A DNA stretch of 64,000 nucleotides. Source: an uncultured cyanobacterium. Lineage in GTDB: Bacteria > Cyanobacteriota > Cyanobacteriia > Pseudanabaenales > Pseudanabaenaceae. Shown here in pieces: positions 39,886 to 50,593 of this stretch. The first letter of the stretch is position 1. The number at the start of each line of letters is the position of its first letter. The DNA lies in the NCBI GenBank assembly GCA_963703315.1, contig OY969811.1:2912001-2976000 (forward strand). Reading direction: 5' to 3'. Under the pieces are notes generated by a model that worked only from the letters and a program-made list of their open reading frames with translations, was not told the DNA's origin and ran no database searches. A program made the translations under genes and the position numbers.

Positions 39886-41091
39886 ATGCCAGCAGATTCA
39901 AACAGTTTAGCGAATGAGAATATCCTGACTCTTTTAAGAGCATATAGAGTTTCTCCATCAGAAAACTTAGAACAGCAGCTTGTGGAAATTTACACAGGGT
40001 TAATTAGTGAGACAATCACTTCCTTGCCAATTTCCTTAATTAATCAAACTCGAATTGGCGATCGCCGTTCTAGCGATCGCGTAAATTTAACTGAACGCCG
40101 TGTGTCCAATCAAAGGTCTGGAGAACGTCGCTCTAGCGATCGCGAATTAATAGAAATTGGTAAGCAAGGCTTAAAGAAAGCAATCACCCAATTTAATCCA
40201 GACCAAAATCAAGATTTCTCAGAATTTGCGCGATCATATATATATCAGCACCTAGAGAACTTTTTGCAAAGACAACACTTAGATAACCGTAATGAGCCAC
40301 AGGATGAGGAAGATGTTGAACTTGTAGCTACACCTACACGCAAACAAGAAACTCTCGAAATTTTGCAAGCCTATCGGGCGAATCCATCCACGAAATTACG
40401 CAATCAACTCGTAAATCTAAATATCGGCTTAGTCCGCCGAGAAGCTTATCACTGGAAAAATCAATGCCAAGAAAGTTTTGAAGACTTAATGCAGGTTGGC
40501 TCAATCGGACTAATTAATGCGATCGAACGTTTTGATGTCAGTAAGGGCAACGCTTTTAGTTCTTTTGCCGTGCCATATATTAAGGGAGAAATCCAGCATT
40601 ATCTACGAGACAAAAGCCCCACGGTGAGGATGCCTCGTGCATGGTTAACAATCTATAACCAAGGTTGCAAAATTATTCGTAATAGACGGACAGAGACGGG
40701 GCGGGAACCATCTAGTCAAGAAGTTGCCGATGAGTTAAATATTACCGTTGGCGAATGGTATGACATCAAGCTTGCCTGTCAAAACCGATCGCCACTTAGT
40801 CTAGACACTCCCATCGATCAAAGTGAGGATGGGACAACATCCATCGGCGATCTCGTTACTGATCAAAAATATCAAAGTTTTCAACTCGCCCAAGAAGATA
40901 ACATCCGTCTCCAACAAGCTCTCGATCTCTTAGAAGATCGCACCCGTGAAGTGGTCGAATTTGTATTTCTCAAAGAATTTACCCATCGTGAAGTTGCCGA
41001 AACTCTTGGCATTAGTGCTGTCACCGTTTCACGACAAGTCAAGAAAGGATTAATTGCGCTCAAAAAGATTTTGGCTACGCCTATCGAATAA
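39886..41091 (+). CDS. sigF: SigF-type sigma factor with an extra N-terminal degenerate sigma-2 domain
   Basis: LRNQLVNLNIGLV, DLMQVGSIGLINAIERFD, FSSFAVPYI.GEIQHYLRDK and a region 4 HTH; ATG at 39886 has GAGGA upstream. Confidence 0.85.
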   Translation: MPADSNSLANENILTLLRAYRVSPSENLEQQLVEIYTGLISETITSLPISLINQTRIGDRRSSDRVNLTERRVSNQRSGERRSSDRELIEIGKQGLKKAITQFNPDQNQDFSEFARSYIYQHLENFLQRQHLDNRNEPQDEEDVELVATPTRKQETLEILQAYRANPSTKLRNQLVNLNIGLVRREAYHWKNQCQESFEDLMQVGSIGLINAIERFDVSKGNAFSSFAVPYIKGEIQHYLRDKSPTVRMPRAWLTIYNQGCKIIRNRRTETGREPSSQEVADELNITVGEWYDIKLACQNRSPLSLDTPIDQSEDGTTSIGDLVTDQKYQSFQLAQEDNIRLQQALDLLEDRTREVVEFVFLKEFTHREVAETLGISAVTVSRQVKKGLIALKKILATPIE

Positions 41092-41139
41092 TAAAAAAGC
41101 ACTCACCGAAGGTGAGTGCTTTTTTATTACACCCAAGAC

Positions 41140-41544
41140 TTAAATCGCAGTAGTTGCTTGCACTCTAGCGCGAGCAGTCCGCAAGTTTTGTTCCGCTTGA
41201 ATTTTACCTTGCTTGTCTTCAGGCTTTAAATTAGCCAAAGCTTGTTCAGCTTGTTCTAACTTTTTACGGGCTTCTTCAGGGTTAATATCGCTACCCAATT
41301 CGCCACTACGCACCAAAACAGTGACTTCGTTTTCTTCGACTTCAGCAAAACCACCCGTAAGAGCGATCGCTGCCCAAGCCTTATCTTTACGAAAACGCAA
41401 TACACCTGTTTCCAGTGCTGAAATCAGAGGAGCGTGATCAGTTAAAATACCTAATTGCCCTGTGGAACTAGGTAAAATCACTTCCTCTGCCACAGTATCC
41501 AGAATCGTATGATCTGGAGAAATTACTTTTACAGTTAGGGTCAT
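41140..41544 (-). CDS. atpC: ATP synthase F1 epsilon subunit
   Basis: GQLGILTDHAPL and GGFAEV; downstream of the beta subunit. Confidence 0.97.
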   Translation of the reverse strand: MTLTVKVISPDHTILDTVAEEVILPSSTGQLGILTDHAPLISALETGVLRFRKDKAWAAIALTGGFAEVEENEVTVLVRSGELGSDINPEEARKKLEQAEQALANLKPEDKQGKIQAEQNLRTARARVQATTAI

Positions 41545-41575
41545 TTTTTAAAATATTTGGTAATAGGTTTTAAGT

Positions 41576-41661
41576 TTTAGCTTTTGGGCTGTTAGCTGTT
41601 AGCTATTAGCGTTTAGCTTCTCAAAAGCTAACAGCTAACAGCTAAACGCTAATAGCCAAAA
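41576..41661. repeat. Inverted heptamer array (TAGCTGT / ACAGCTA type)
   Basis: gctgttagctgttagctattagcgtttagct ... agctaacagctaacagctaaacgctaatagcc. Confidence 0.8.
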
Positions 41662-41664
41662 TGC

Positions 41665-43107
<1,443 letters not shown>

Positions 43108-43319
43108 TTACTCCAGCCTCTTAACTCAGAATCTAAAAAATTTGCGATGAAATGGCGTGCAAGAAGATGTATGCAAGAAAATGCAATACATCAGCCTGTA
43201 AAAGTTTAACTAAAAATTAAACTTTTCGCACTTACATATAAAGCTAACCGCTTCTCAAAATATCATTTAATGGGGATCGAAAGATCGCTGGTTTCCTGAA
43301 AACGATTAGATTTTCTGCT

Positions 43320-43832
43320 ATGGGTCAACTAATTTTATATATTGCGACTAGCTTGGATGGTTATATTGCTCGTAGTTCTGGGGCAGTGGACTGGTTATTT
43401 ACAGATCAAGACTATGGCTATGATGATTTTTATGATTCAGTCGATCGCCTATTGATGGGACGCAATACCTATGAGCAAATCCAGTCATGGGGCGATTATC
43501 CCTATCCAGAGAAGCAAGGTTTTGTATTTTCAAAAACTATTCAGCAGGAGCAAGATAAAAATGTAACTTTTGTTGTTGGTGATTTAGTGAGTTTTGTTAA
43601 AGACTTAAAATCACAGGATGGTAAAGATATTTGGCTAGTTGGTGGAGCGGCGATCGCGAAAACCTGTTTAGAAAATCATCTGATTGATAAATTTATCCTC
43701 TCAATTCATCCGATCATCTTAGGGGAAGGTATTCCTTTATTCCCTCCACCTCTTCCAACATTGAATTTAAAGTTAGAACACAGCCAAACTTTTGATACAG
43801 GATTGGTACAGCTTACCTATCAAGCTTTATAG
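43320..43832 (+). CDS. Dihydrofolate reductase-like (RibD C-terminal) family protein
   Basis: IATSLDGYIA, MGRNTY, IWLVGG and PIILGEGIPLF. Confidence 0.9.
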   Translation: MGQLILYIATSLDGYIARSSGAVDWLFTDQDYGYDDFYDSVDRLLMGRNTYEQIQSWGDYPYPEKQGFVFSKTIQQEQDKNVTFVVGDLVSFVKDLKSQDGKDIWLVGGAAIAKTCLENHLIDKFILSIHPIILGEGIPLFPPPLPTLNLKLEHSQTFDTGLVQLTYQAL

Positions 43833-43899
43833 CAAAGCTCTGTAAGCACAAATAAAAAAGCAGCGCGAGGCGCTGCTTTTTTATTTGTGCTTACGTAAC

Positions 43900-45207
43900 C
43901 TAAACAGAAACGGTCTGCCACTCTAGACGCTCTAAGGTGTGAGAACGCTCTAGCGCACGCTCAAAGCTATCGAGTTTGGGTTCAATCAAGAATGGCTCAC
44001 CGACATAGCCTTGAATCGCTTCTTGAGTCTTGAGACCATTACCTGTGATGTAGACAACAGTAGTTTCTTCAGGATCGATTTTGCCAGCTTCAACCAGCTT
44101 CTTGAGAACAGCGATCGTCGTGCCACCAGCAGTTTCGGTAAAGATACCTTCAGTTTCTGCAAGGAGCTTCATCGCTTGGATGATTTCATCATCGTTAACT
44201 GATTCAATGTTGCCATTGGTCTTGTGAGCAATGTCGATCGCATAGATACCATCAGCAGGATTACCGATCGCTAAGCTCTTAGCAATGGTCTTAGGCTTGA
44301 CAGGGGTAATAAAATCGCGACCTTCTTTGTAAGCAGCAGCGATCGGTGAACAGCCTTCTGCTTGTGCGCCACTGAAGCGAACAGATTTATCATCCACTAA
44401 GCCCACCTTCACAAATTCGTTAAAACCCTTGTAAATCTTGGTAAATAAAGAACCAGAAGCCAGAGGCGCAACGATGTGATCGGGTAACTTCCATCCGAGT
44501 TGTTCGACAACTTCATAGGCGAGGGTTTTGGAACCTTCAGAATAGTAAGGACGGAGGTTGATATTTACAAAGCCCCAGCCGTGAGTATTGGCTACTTCTG
44601 AACAGAGGCGGTTTACTTGATCGTAGTTACCATGTACAGCGAAAACTTTAGGATTGTAAATGGTTGTACCGAGGACTTTACCTGCTTCGAGATCAGAGGG
44701 AATGAACACACAACACTCTAAGCCTGCATGGGCAGCTATCGCGGCGGTGGAGTTTGCCAAATTACCAGTACTCGCACAGGCAACGGTGGTAAAACCTAGC
44801 TCACGGGCGCGGCTGAGGGCTACAGAAACTACGCGATCCTTGAAGCTCAAGGTGGGCATATTGACAGCATCATTTTTGATGTAGAGGTTTTTGATGCCGA
44901 GACGCTTAGCAAGGCGATTTGCCTTGATCAAGGGAGTCATGCCAGTGGAAACATCGATATAGTTTTCAGTCTTAACTGGTAAGAAATCGCGATAGCGCCA
45001 GATCGAGAGAGGACCAGCTTGAATAGTTTCACGGCTGACTCTAGCGGCGATCACATCGTAGTTATAGGCAACTTCCAGAGGGCCAAAGCACAATTCGCAA
45101 ACGTGCATCGCCTTAGCTTCATACTCTGCACCGCACTCTTTGCACTTGAGATTACTAAAGGTGTCAACACGTTCGCTGGTGTAAGGAGAAACAATCGTTG
45201 CAGTCAT
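43900..45207 (-). CDS. thrC: Threonine synthase-family PLP enzyme with an N-terminal Zn ribbon
   Basis: PTLSFKDR, ASTGN and CKEC..CELC; likely start MTATIV at 45207. Confidence 0.85.
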   Translation of the reverse strand: MTATIVSPYTSERVDTFSNLKCKECGAEYEAKAMHVCELCFGPLEVAYNYDVIAARVSRETIQAGPLSIWRYRDFLPVKTENYIDVSTGMTPLIKANRLAKRLGIKNLYIKNDAVNMPTLSFKDRVVSVALSRARELGFTTVACASTGNLANSTAAIAAHAGLECCVFIPSDLEAGKVLGTTIYNPKVFAVHGNYDQVNRLCSEVANTHGWGFVNINLRPYYSEGSKTLAYEVVEQLGWKLPDHIVAPLASGSLFTKIYKGFNEFVKVGLVDDKSVRFSGAQAEGCSPIAAAYKEGRDFITPVKPKTIAKSLAIGNPADGIYAIDIAHKTNGNIESVNDDEIIQAMKLLAETEGIFTETAGGTTIAVLKKLVEAGKIDPEETTVVYITGNGLKTQEAIQGYVGEPFLIEPKLDSFERALERSHTLERLEWQTVSV

Positions 45208-45269
45208 GTTCTTGGTCGCCCTTTTATTGTTAAAGGTTTTCGTTTGATTTTTTACTTTAACGAACCTTA

Positions 45270-45320
45270 ACACGCTACTAAAATAGTCGTCAAATATACC
45301 CGACTAAAATAGTCGGATAT
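45270..45320. promoter_or_regulatory. Tandem IscR/Rrf2-type operator-like sites
   Basis: 45296-45320 ATACCCGACTAAAATAGTCGGATAT matches ATASYYGACTRwwwYAGTCRRSTAT at 24 of 25 positions; degenerate copy at 45270-45294. Confidence 0.65.
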
Positions 45321-45360
45321 ATCTCTAAAGCAATAACAATAATATTAAGCGATCGCTATA

Positions 45361-45476
45361 TATAGCAAAGCAAGAGTTGGTTAGTACAAACTAAAAACCC
45401 AGAAGGCGAGTTGCGGCGCGGAGCGCCGCAACTCGCCTTCTGGGTTTGTGTCCTAAGCAAAACTTTTTTTGCTATA
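45361..45476. mobile_element. MITE-like element, family A
   Basis: TATAGCAAA...TTTGCTATA termini and a central perfect hairpin. Confidence 0.7.
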
Positions 45477-45659
45477 GTTCTTGAAACTCTCGCTTGAGTT
45501 CGTTAAGTACTAGCAAGGAAAATAACTTCTTAAACTCGTTCATAGTTTAATTCCTTCTCTTTGAATATTCTTCAACAAAGCAACATCTTTAGCATTAAAT
45601 CGGTCTTCACTCATGGGAATGATGGAGACAATCTCATCGTAGTCTAATAGGATTTTGAT
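45472..45659 (-). pseudogene. Remnant of a minimal nucleotidyltransferase (MNT) gene plus a short coupled fragment
   Basis: IKILLDYDEIVSIIPMSEDRFNAKDVALLKNIQREGIKL stop, with ATGA overlap into MNEFKKLF... Confidence 0.55.
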
Positions 45660-45664
45660 ATAGC

Positions 45665-45773
45665 TATAGCCATTTTAGTTAAGACATAAAACCCAAAAGA
45701 GAGTTGCGGCGCGCCGCGCCGCAACTCTCTTTTGGGTTTTGGGTTTGTCCTAACATAACTGGCTACCGCTATA
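45665..45773. mobile_element. MITE-like element, family A
   Basis: Highly similar to 2577-2691. Confidence 0.7.
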
Positions 45774-45920
45774 CAAAGTATTGTTGCCCGTCATCGCAAA
45801 ACTCAGAAACATAGATAGTTCTGGTAAATTCAATGGAGTTGATTTCTCCCCAATCGATGTTGAGATTCTAACCCCTGACCTCCAACAAATTGATGCAGGG
45901 GATTGCTGTAAATACTGCCT

Positions 45921-46229
45921 TTACTCAGCTTCCAGAGGAGCCATAGTTAACCCTGCTTGCTTTAACTGCGCGTGATAAAGCTCAGCTTGCTCCATTGGTC
46001 CCACCCAGACGATCGCTAAGCCTTCAAAATGTACTTGATTAGTTAATTCCCACGCTAGATCTTCGGTCATGTGGGGAACATATTTCATCAAAGATTCAGA
46101 AACGTGTTCAAAAGTATTGAAATCATCATTTAACACAATGACCTTATATTTGGGGTAAGGCTTGCGTATTACCTCCCGCACAGTATCTTTAACTTTTTCG
46201 GGGGTTTGAACAGCAGCAAAAATAGCCAT
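45921..46229 (-). CDS. clpS: Clp protease adaptor ClpS
   Basis: YKVIVLNDDFNTF...VHFEG...AELY. Confidence 0.93.
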   Translation of the reverse strand: MAIFAAVQTPEKVKDTVREVIRKPYPKYKVIVLNDDFNTFEHVSESLMKYVPHMTEDLAWELTNQVHFEGLAIVWVGPMEQAELYHAQLKQAGLTMAPLEAE

Positions 46230-46516
46230 AATTACAACAAACACTTTACTTCATTGATTATCTCAAAATTAATATAACTGTTGCGACCTCTTAGCAAAGC
46301 CGTAAAAAAATATTTTCTAAGACTTTTAAGATAAAGCTTAAGTACGCTATAATTAAAAACCTATGACTATAGGTTGAACTAGAACTCTCTTGCTAGGGAC
46401 ACCAAATTATAGACATAGGATGTAAACCGCAAAAAGCTGTAATGCTTGCTGCTCTTACATTTCCGGGAGGAAACCAAAAAATCTCAAGGAGAACAGGAAC
46501 AAGGATAAATTTAGTT

Positions 46517-47557
46517 ATGGTCAATCGGACAAAAACTGCTACTACCACCAATGTCGGCTTTACACATGAAGATTTTGCCAAACTCTTAGATAAGTACGAT
46601 TATCACTTTAGCCCCGGCGACATTGTTGCAGGTACAGTATTCAGCATTGAGCCTAGGGGCGCACTTATTGACATTGGCGCAAAAACAGCAGCATACATCC
46701 CCATTCAGGAGATGTCGATCAACCGAGTTGACCAGCCTGAAGAAGTTTTGCAAAACAATGAAACCCGTGAGTTTTTCATTCTCGCTGACGAAAACGAAGA
46801 AGGACAGTTAACTCTCTCGATTCGTCGTATCGAGTACATGAGAGCATGGGAACGTGTCCGTCAGTTGCAAGCAGAAGACGCAACTGTGCGATCGCTTATT
46901 TTTGCTACCAACCGTGGTGGCGCATTGGTCAGAATCGAAGGACTACGCGGATTTATCCCTGGTTCACACATCAGCACCCGCAAGCCTAAGGAAGAATTGG
47001 TTGGCGAAGAATTGCCACTCAAATTCTTGGAAGTAGATGAAGACCGTAACCGTCTTGTCCTCAGTCATCGCCGCGCCCTCGTCGAGCGCAAGATGAACAA
47101 GCTCGAAGTTGGCGAAGTTGTGATCGGTGTGGTACGCGGGATCAAGCCCTACGGTGCATTCATCGATATCGGTGGTGTCAGTGGTTTGCTGCACATCTCG
47201 GAAATCTCCCACGAGCATATCGAAACTCCTCACAACGTCTTCAATGTCAATGACGAAGTGAAGGTGATGATCATCGATCTCGATGCCGAACGTGGTCGGA
47301 TTTCGTTATCTACCAAACAACTTGAAGCTGAACCTGGTGATATGGTCAAAGACCCTCAACTGGTTTACGCTAAAGCCGAAGAGATGGCTGCTAAGTATCG
47401 TGAACAACTAAATGCACCTCCTGCGGTCATGGAAATCCCTGTTGCCGCAGTTGAAGAGGAAGAGTATGAAGTTCCTGATGCAATGGAAGAGCCAGAAATT
47501 CCTGAAGAAGTTGTAGCTGAAGCAGTAGAAGAAACTGAAACTGAAGCTGAAGCTTAG
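46517..47557 (+). CDS. rpsA: 30S ribosomal protein S1 (three S1 domains)
   Basis: LLDKYDYHFSPGD, GFIPGSHIS and GLLHISEISH; likely start MVNRT. Confidence 0.96.
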   Translation: MVNRTKTATTTNVGFTHEDFAKLLDKYDYHFSPGDIVAGTVFSIEPRGALIDIGAKTAAYIPIQEMSINRVDQPEEVLQNNETREFFILADENEEGQLTLSIRRIEYMRAWERVRQLQAEDATVRSLIFATNRGGALVRIEGLRGFIPGSHISTRKPKEELVGEELPLKFLEVDEDRNRLVLSHRRALVERKMNKLEVGEVVIGVVRGIKPYGAFIDIGGVSGLLHISEISHEHIETPHNVFNVNDEVKVMIIDLDAERGRISLSTKQLEAEPGDMVKDPQLVYAKAEEMAAKYREQLNAPPAVMEIPVAAVEEEEYEVPDAMEEPEIPEEVVAEAVEETETEAEA

Positions 47558-47587
47558 TTAGGTATGAAGGAAAGTTAATATTTTCTA

Positions 47588-47625
47588 TAAACAAGGTGAG
47601 GCTTTCTTACCTTGTTTTATTTTTT
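47588..47625 (+). terminator. Probable intrinsic terminator of rpsA
   Basis: aaacaaggtgag/cttaccttgttt stem followed by a T tract. Confidence 0.6.
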
Positions 47626-47629
47626 AGTA

Positions 47630-47658
47630 CTGACAACTGTAATCTTATAGGTTACAAT
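47630..47658 (+). promoter_or_regulatory. Probable higBA promoter with an overlapping palindromic operator
   Basis: CTGACA-N17-TACAAT overlapping TGTAAT-N7-GTTACA. Confidence 0.5.
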
Positions 47659-47753
47659 TGCCTCTATAGATAAATATTTAGTTAAGCATTTTCTGAATCG
47701 GAGGTTTTAATGAATATATCAGTCAGTCGCATTTAGAAATGAAATAAAAAATA

Positions 47754-48026
47754 ATGATAAAAAGTTTTAAGGATAAATTGCTTGAGAAATTACTAAATGG
47801 TGAAATACAAGCAACAAGTAAAGAACACAAAAAACTACAAAAGAGACTTGAACATATAGACTCAGCTTCAAAAATAGAAAATCTTAAGTTACCTGGATAC
47901 GATTTACATGAACTAAAAGGAAAGAAAAAAGGTGTGTGGGCTATAAAAGCATCTGGAAACTGGCGAATTACATTTAGGTTTGAAAATGGTCATGCTTATG
48001 AAGTAAATCACGAGGATTATCACTAA
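47754..48026 (+). CDS. higB: HigB-like (RelE/ParE superfamily) toxin
   Basis: MIKSFKDK, LPGYDLHELKG, WRITFRF and terminal DYH. Confidence 0.92.
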   Translation: MIKSFKDKLLEKLLNGEIQATSKEHKKLQKRLEHIDSASKIENLKLPGYDLHELKGKKKGVWAIKASGNWRITFRFENGHAYEVNHEDYH

Positions 48027-48115
48027 GAATAAAAGTCAGGGATGTGATTTTATGTAAAATCACATCCCTGACTTCTAGAAGTAGCGTATTTATAACGCAA
48101 AGAAGAGGTACTTTT

Positions 48116-48427
48116 ATGAATGAATTATTAGAAAGTTTAAAGAATAGAAAAAACAGACCGTCTCATCCTGGAGAGATTATCTTAGATATTTTGGAAGATG
48201 TAGAGATTTCTCAAACTCAGTTTGCCAAAATGCTAGGGGTATCTCGCCGAACAGTTAATCAAATTATTCGGGGACATAGACCAGTGACTGTAGATATGGC
48301 AATCAGGATTGGGAAGGCTTTGGGCAATGGTCCTGAGTCATGGCTCAATCTTCAGCAAAAGGTAGATCTTTGGGATGCTTTACAGAAGTATGAAGAAGAA
48401 TATGAGAAAGTATTGACGGTTGCGTAA
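48116..48427 (+). CDS. higA: HigA antitoxin
   Basis: HPGEII, HTH and WLNLQ; ATG at 48116 preceded by AGAGGT. Confidence 0.92.
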   Translation: MNELLESLKNRKNRPSHPGEIILDILEDVEISQTQFAKMLGVSRRTVNQIIRGHRPVTVDMAIRIGKALGNGPESWLNLQQKVDLWDALQKYEEEYEKVLTVA

Positions 48428-48430
48428 AAT

Positions 48431-49228
48431 TTGAAAAAGCGTTTAGATGTTTTATTGGTTGACTTGGAGCTTGCACCATCGAGGGAGCAGGCTCAAAAGT
48501 TTATTCGAGCTGGCTGGGTACAGGTCAATCAACAGGTGATTGATAAGGTTGGCACTGAGGTCAAGGATGATGCGGTGATTTTGGTGAAGCAACGATCGCC
48601 TTTTGTGTCGAGAGGCGGCGAGAAATTGGCAGGAGCCTTAGCTAAGTTTGCAGTAAATTTGCGCGATCGCACTTGTTTTGATGGCGGCATTTCGACAGGC
48701 GGATTTACGGACTGTATGCTCAAACAGGGTGCAGCAAAAGTCTATGGGATCGATGTGGGCTACGGACAAGTTGCTTGGGAAATTCGCAGTGATGAGCGAG
48801 TTGTGTTGCGAGAACGCACGAATTTGAGACATCTCACGTCTGAGGATTTATATACACCTGAAGATATCGTTCCCGACTTTGCAGTATTAGATTTATCGTT
48901 TATTTCACTGACGAAAATTTTGCCTTCGCTATGGAATTTGTTGCGATCGCCCCGTGAGACTTTACTTCTAGTCAAACCCCAATTTGAGGCAGGTAAGGGT
49001 CAAGTTGGCAAAAATGGCATTGTGCGCGAACCGAAAATTAGGGCTGAGGCGATCGCCAATGTTTTAACAACTGCTCAAGGTTTAGGTTGGCAATTTCAAG
49101 GTTTAACGCCTTCACCAATTCAAGGACGGACTGGTAATTATGAATATTGGCTATGGCTAAGTGAGAAAACTTCAGAAATTACTACACCTAGCTTTGAGGA
49201 TATTTTGGTAATTGCTCAAGATAAATAG
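48431..49228 (+). CDS. tlyA: TlyA family rRNA methyltransferase
   Basis: S4 domain, FVSRGGEKL, STGGFTDC and LVKPQFEAG. Confidence 0.95.
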   Translation: MKKRLDVLLVDLELAPSREQAQKFIRAGWVQVNQQVIDKVGTEVKDDAVILVKQRSPFVSRGGEKLAGALAKFAVNLRDRTCFDGGISTGGFTDCMLKQGAAKVYGIDVGYGQVAWEIRSDERVVLRERTNLRHLTSEDLYTPEDIVPDFAVLDLSFISLTKILPSLWNLLRSPRETLLLVKPQFEAGKGQVGKNGIVREPKIRAEAIANVLTTAQGLGWQFQGLTPSPIQGRTGNYEYWLWLSEKTSEITTPSFEDILVIAQDK

Positions 49229-49450
49229 ATCTGTAGCCCAAAAGAGAGTGGCGACGCGGCGCGTCGCCACTCTCTTTTGGGCTACAGATCTTAACGCTTC
49301 TTAACAAGCTAACCTTATTTCTAGATATAACTACCCATAAACTAAACACTAGTCGTAAAATAAGCTGTTATATAGGTATATAAACTGCAATTTATCAGCG
49401 AAATCTTCTAGCCGTATAAAAACAGCATAATCAAGAAAACAGTACGAACT

Positions 49451-50530
49451 ATGGTAGCTACTCCTTCTAAACCCAATGTAAGCCAGTCAAACCAACAAAA
49501 GGTTAATGGAACTGGCAGACGCGATAGTATTTTGACCCCACGCTTCTACACCACTGACTTTGAAGCGATGGCAAATATGGATATCTTCGATCTTACGCCA
49601 GACTACGAAGCAATCCTCGAAGAATTCAAATTTGACTATAACCGTCGTCACTTTGTCCGTACTGCCGACTTTAACCAAAGTTGGGATCATATTGATCCTA
49701 AAGTGAGAGAGCATTTCCGTGTATTTTTAGAAGGATCTTGCACCTCAGAATTTTCAGGCTTTCTGCTCTATAAAGAAATCGCTGTCAAAATCAAAGACAA
49801 GAACCCTCTGATGGCAGAAATCTTTAGCTTGATGAGCCGCGATGAAGCACGTCATGCTGGTTTCTTGAATAAAGCAATGCCAGACTTTGATTTGCAACTT
49901 GACCTTTCGACCCTATCGAAAACCAAGAAATACGTTTATTTTGCACCGAAGTTTATTTTCTACGCGACCTACCTCTCTGAAAAGATTGGCTACTGGCGCT
50001 ATATCAAGATTCACCAGCATTTCCTCTCTCATCCTGAATATCGCATCTACCCAATCTTCAAATTCTTTGAAAATTGGTGTCAAGATGAAAGCCGTCACGG
50101 TGACTTCTGTAGTTTGCTTCTCCGCAGTGAAACCAATAATATCAAGGGTATCAGAGCTAATCTCTGGAGCAAGTTCTTCTTGCTATCAGTCTTCGCAACC
50201 ATGTATCTAAATGATATTTGCGTTCGCAACGAGTTCTATGAATCCATCGGCATGGATACCAGAAAGTATGTCGATGAAGTTCTCCGCGAAACTAATCGTG
50301 ATGCTGCTAAGGCATTCCCTGTAATCATGGATTTAGAAAATCCTAAGTTCTGGTCTTGCCTGAAGAAGTGCGAAGAGAACAATGCCAAGTTAGTCAAAAT
50401 TGATGAATCCAATGCTCCTGAATGGTTGAAGAAGATTCAAAAGCTGCCTTACCTTGCTAATAATGGCTTGCAGTTCTTGACGATGTATCTACAACCTTCT
50501 ATTCCTACTCCAAAGGGTGTAGTTCTTTAA
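49451..50530 (+). CDS. acsF: Mg-protoporphyrin IX monomethyl ester oxidative cyclase
   Basis: LTPRFYTTDF, EFSGFLLYKE, DEARHAG, LSEKIGYWRY and DESRHG. Confidence 0.95.
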   Translation: MVATPSKPNVSQSNQQKVNGTGRRDSILTPRFYTTDFEAMANMDIFDLTPDYEAILEEFKFDYNRRHFVRTADFNQSWDHIDPKVREHFRVFLEGSCTSEFSGFLLYKEIAVKIKDKNPLMAEIFSLMSRDEARHAGFLNKAMPDFDLQLDLSTLSKTKKYVYFAPKFIFYATYLSEKIGYWRYIKIHQHFLSHPEYRIYPIFKFFENWCQDESRHGDFCSLLLRSETNNIKGIRANLWSKFFLLSVFATMYLNDICVRNEFYESIGMDTRKYVDEVLRETNRDAAKAFPVIMDLENPKFWSCLKKCEENNAKLVKIDESNAPEWLKKIQKLPYLANNGLQFLTMYLQPSIPTPKGVVL

Positions 50531-50593
50531 GAAATAATCGCAAAGCGATGAATCAACAAAAAGGGACTCGCTTTGCGAGTCCCTTTTCGTTGG

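Noticed and set aside
45781..45975. 64-aa Cys-containing ORF
   Set aside because: TTG start, overlaps the clpS 3' end in antisense, no recognisable family
48044..48115. Extended HigA N-terminus given in the ORF track
   Set aside because: Begins inside the palindrome; ATG 48116 has a better RBS and gives a typical length
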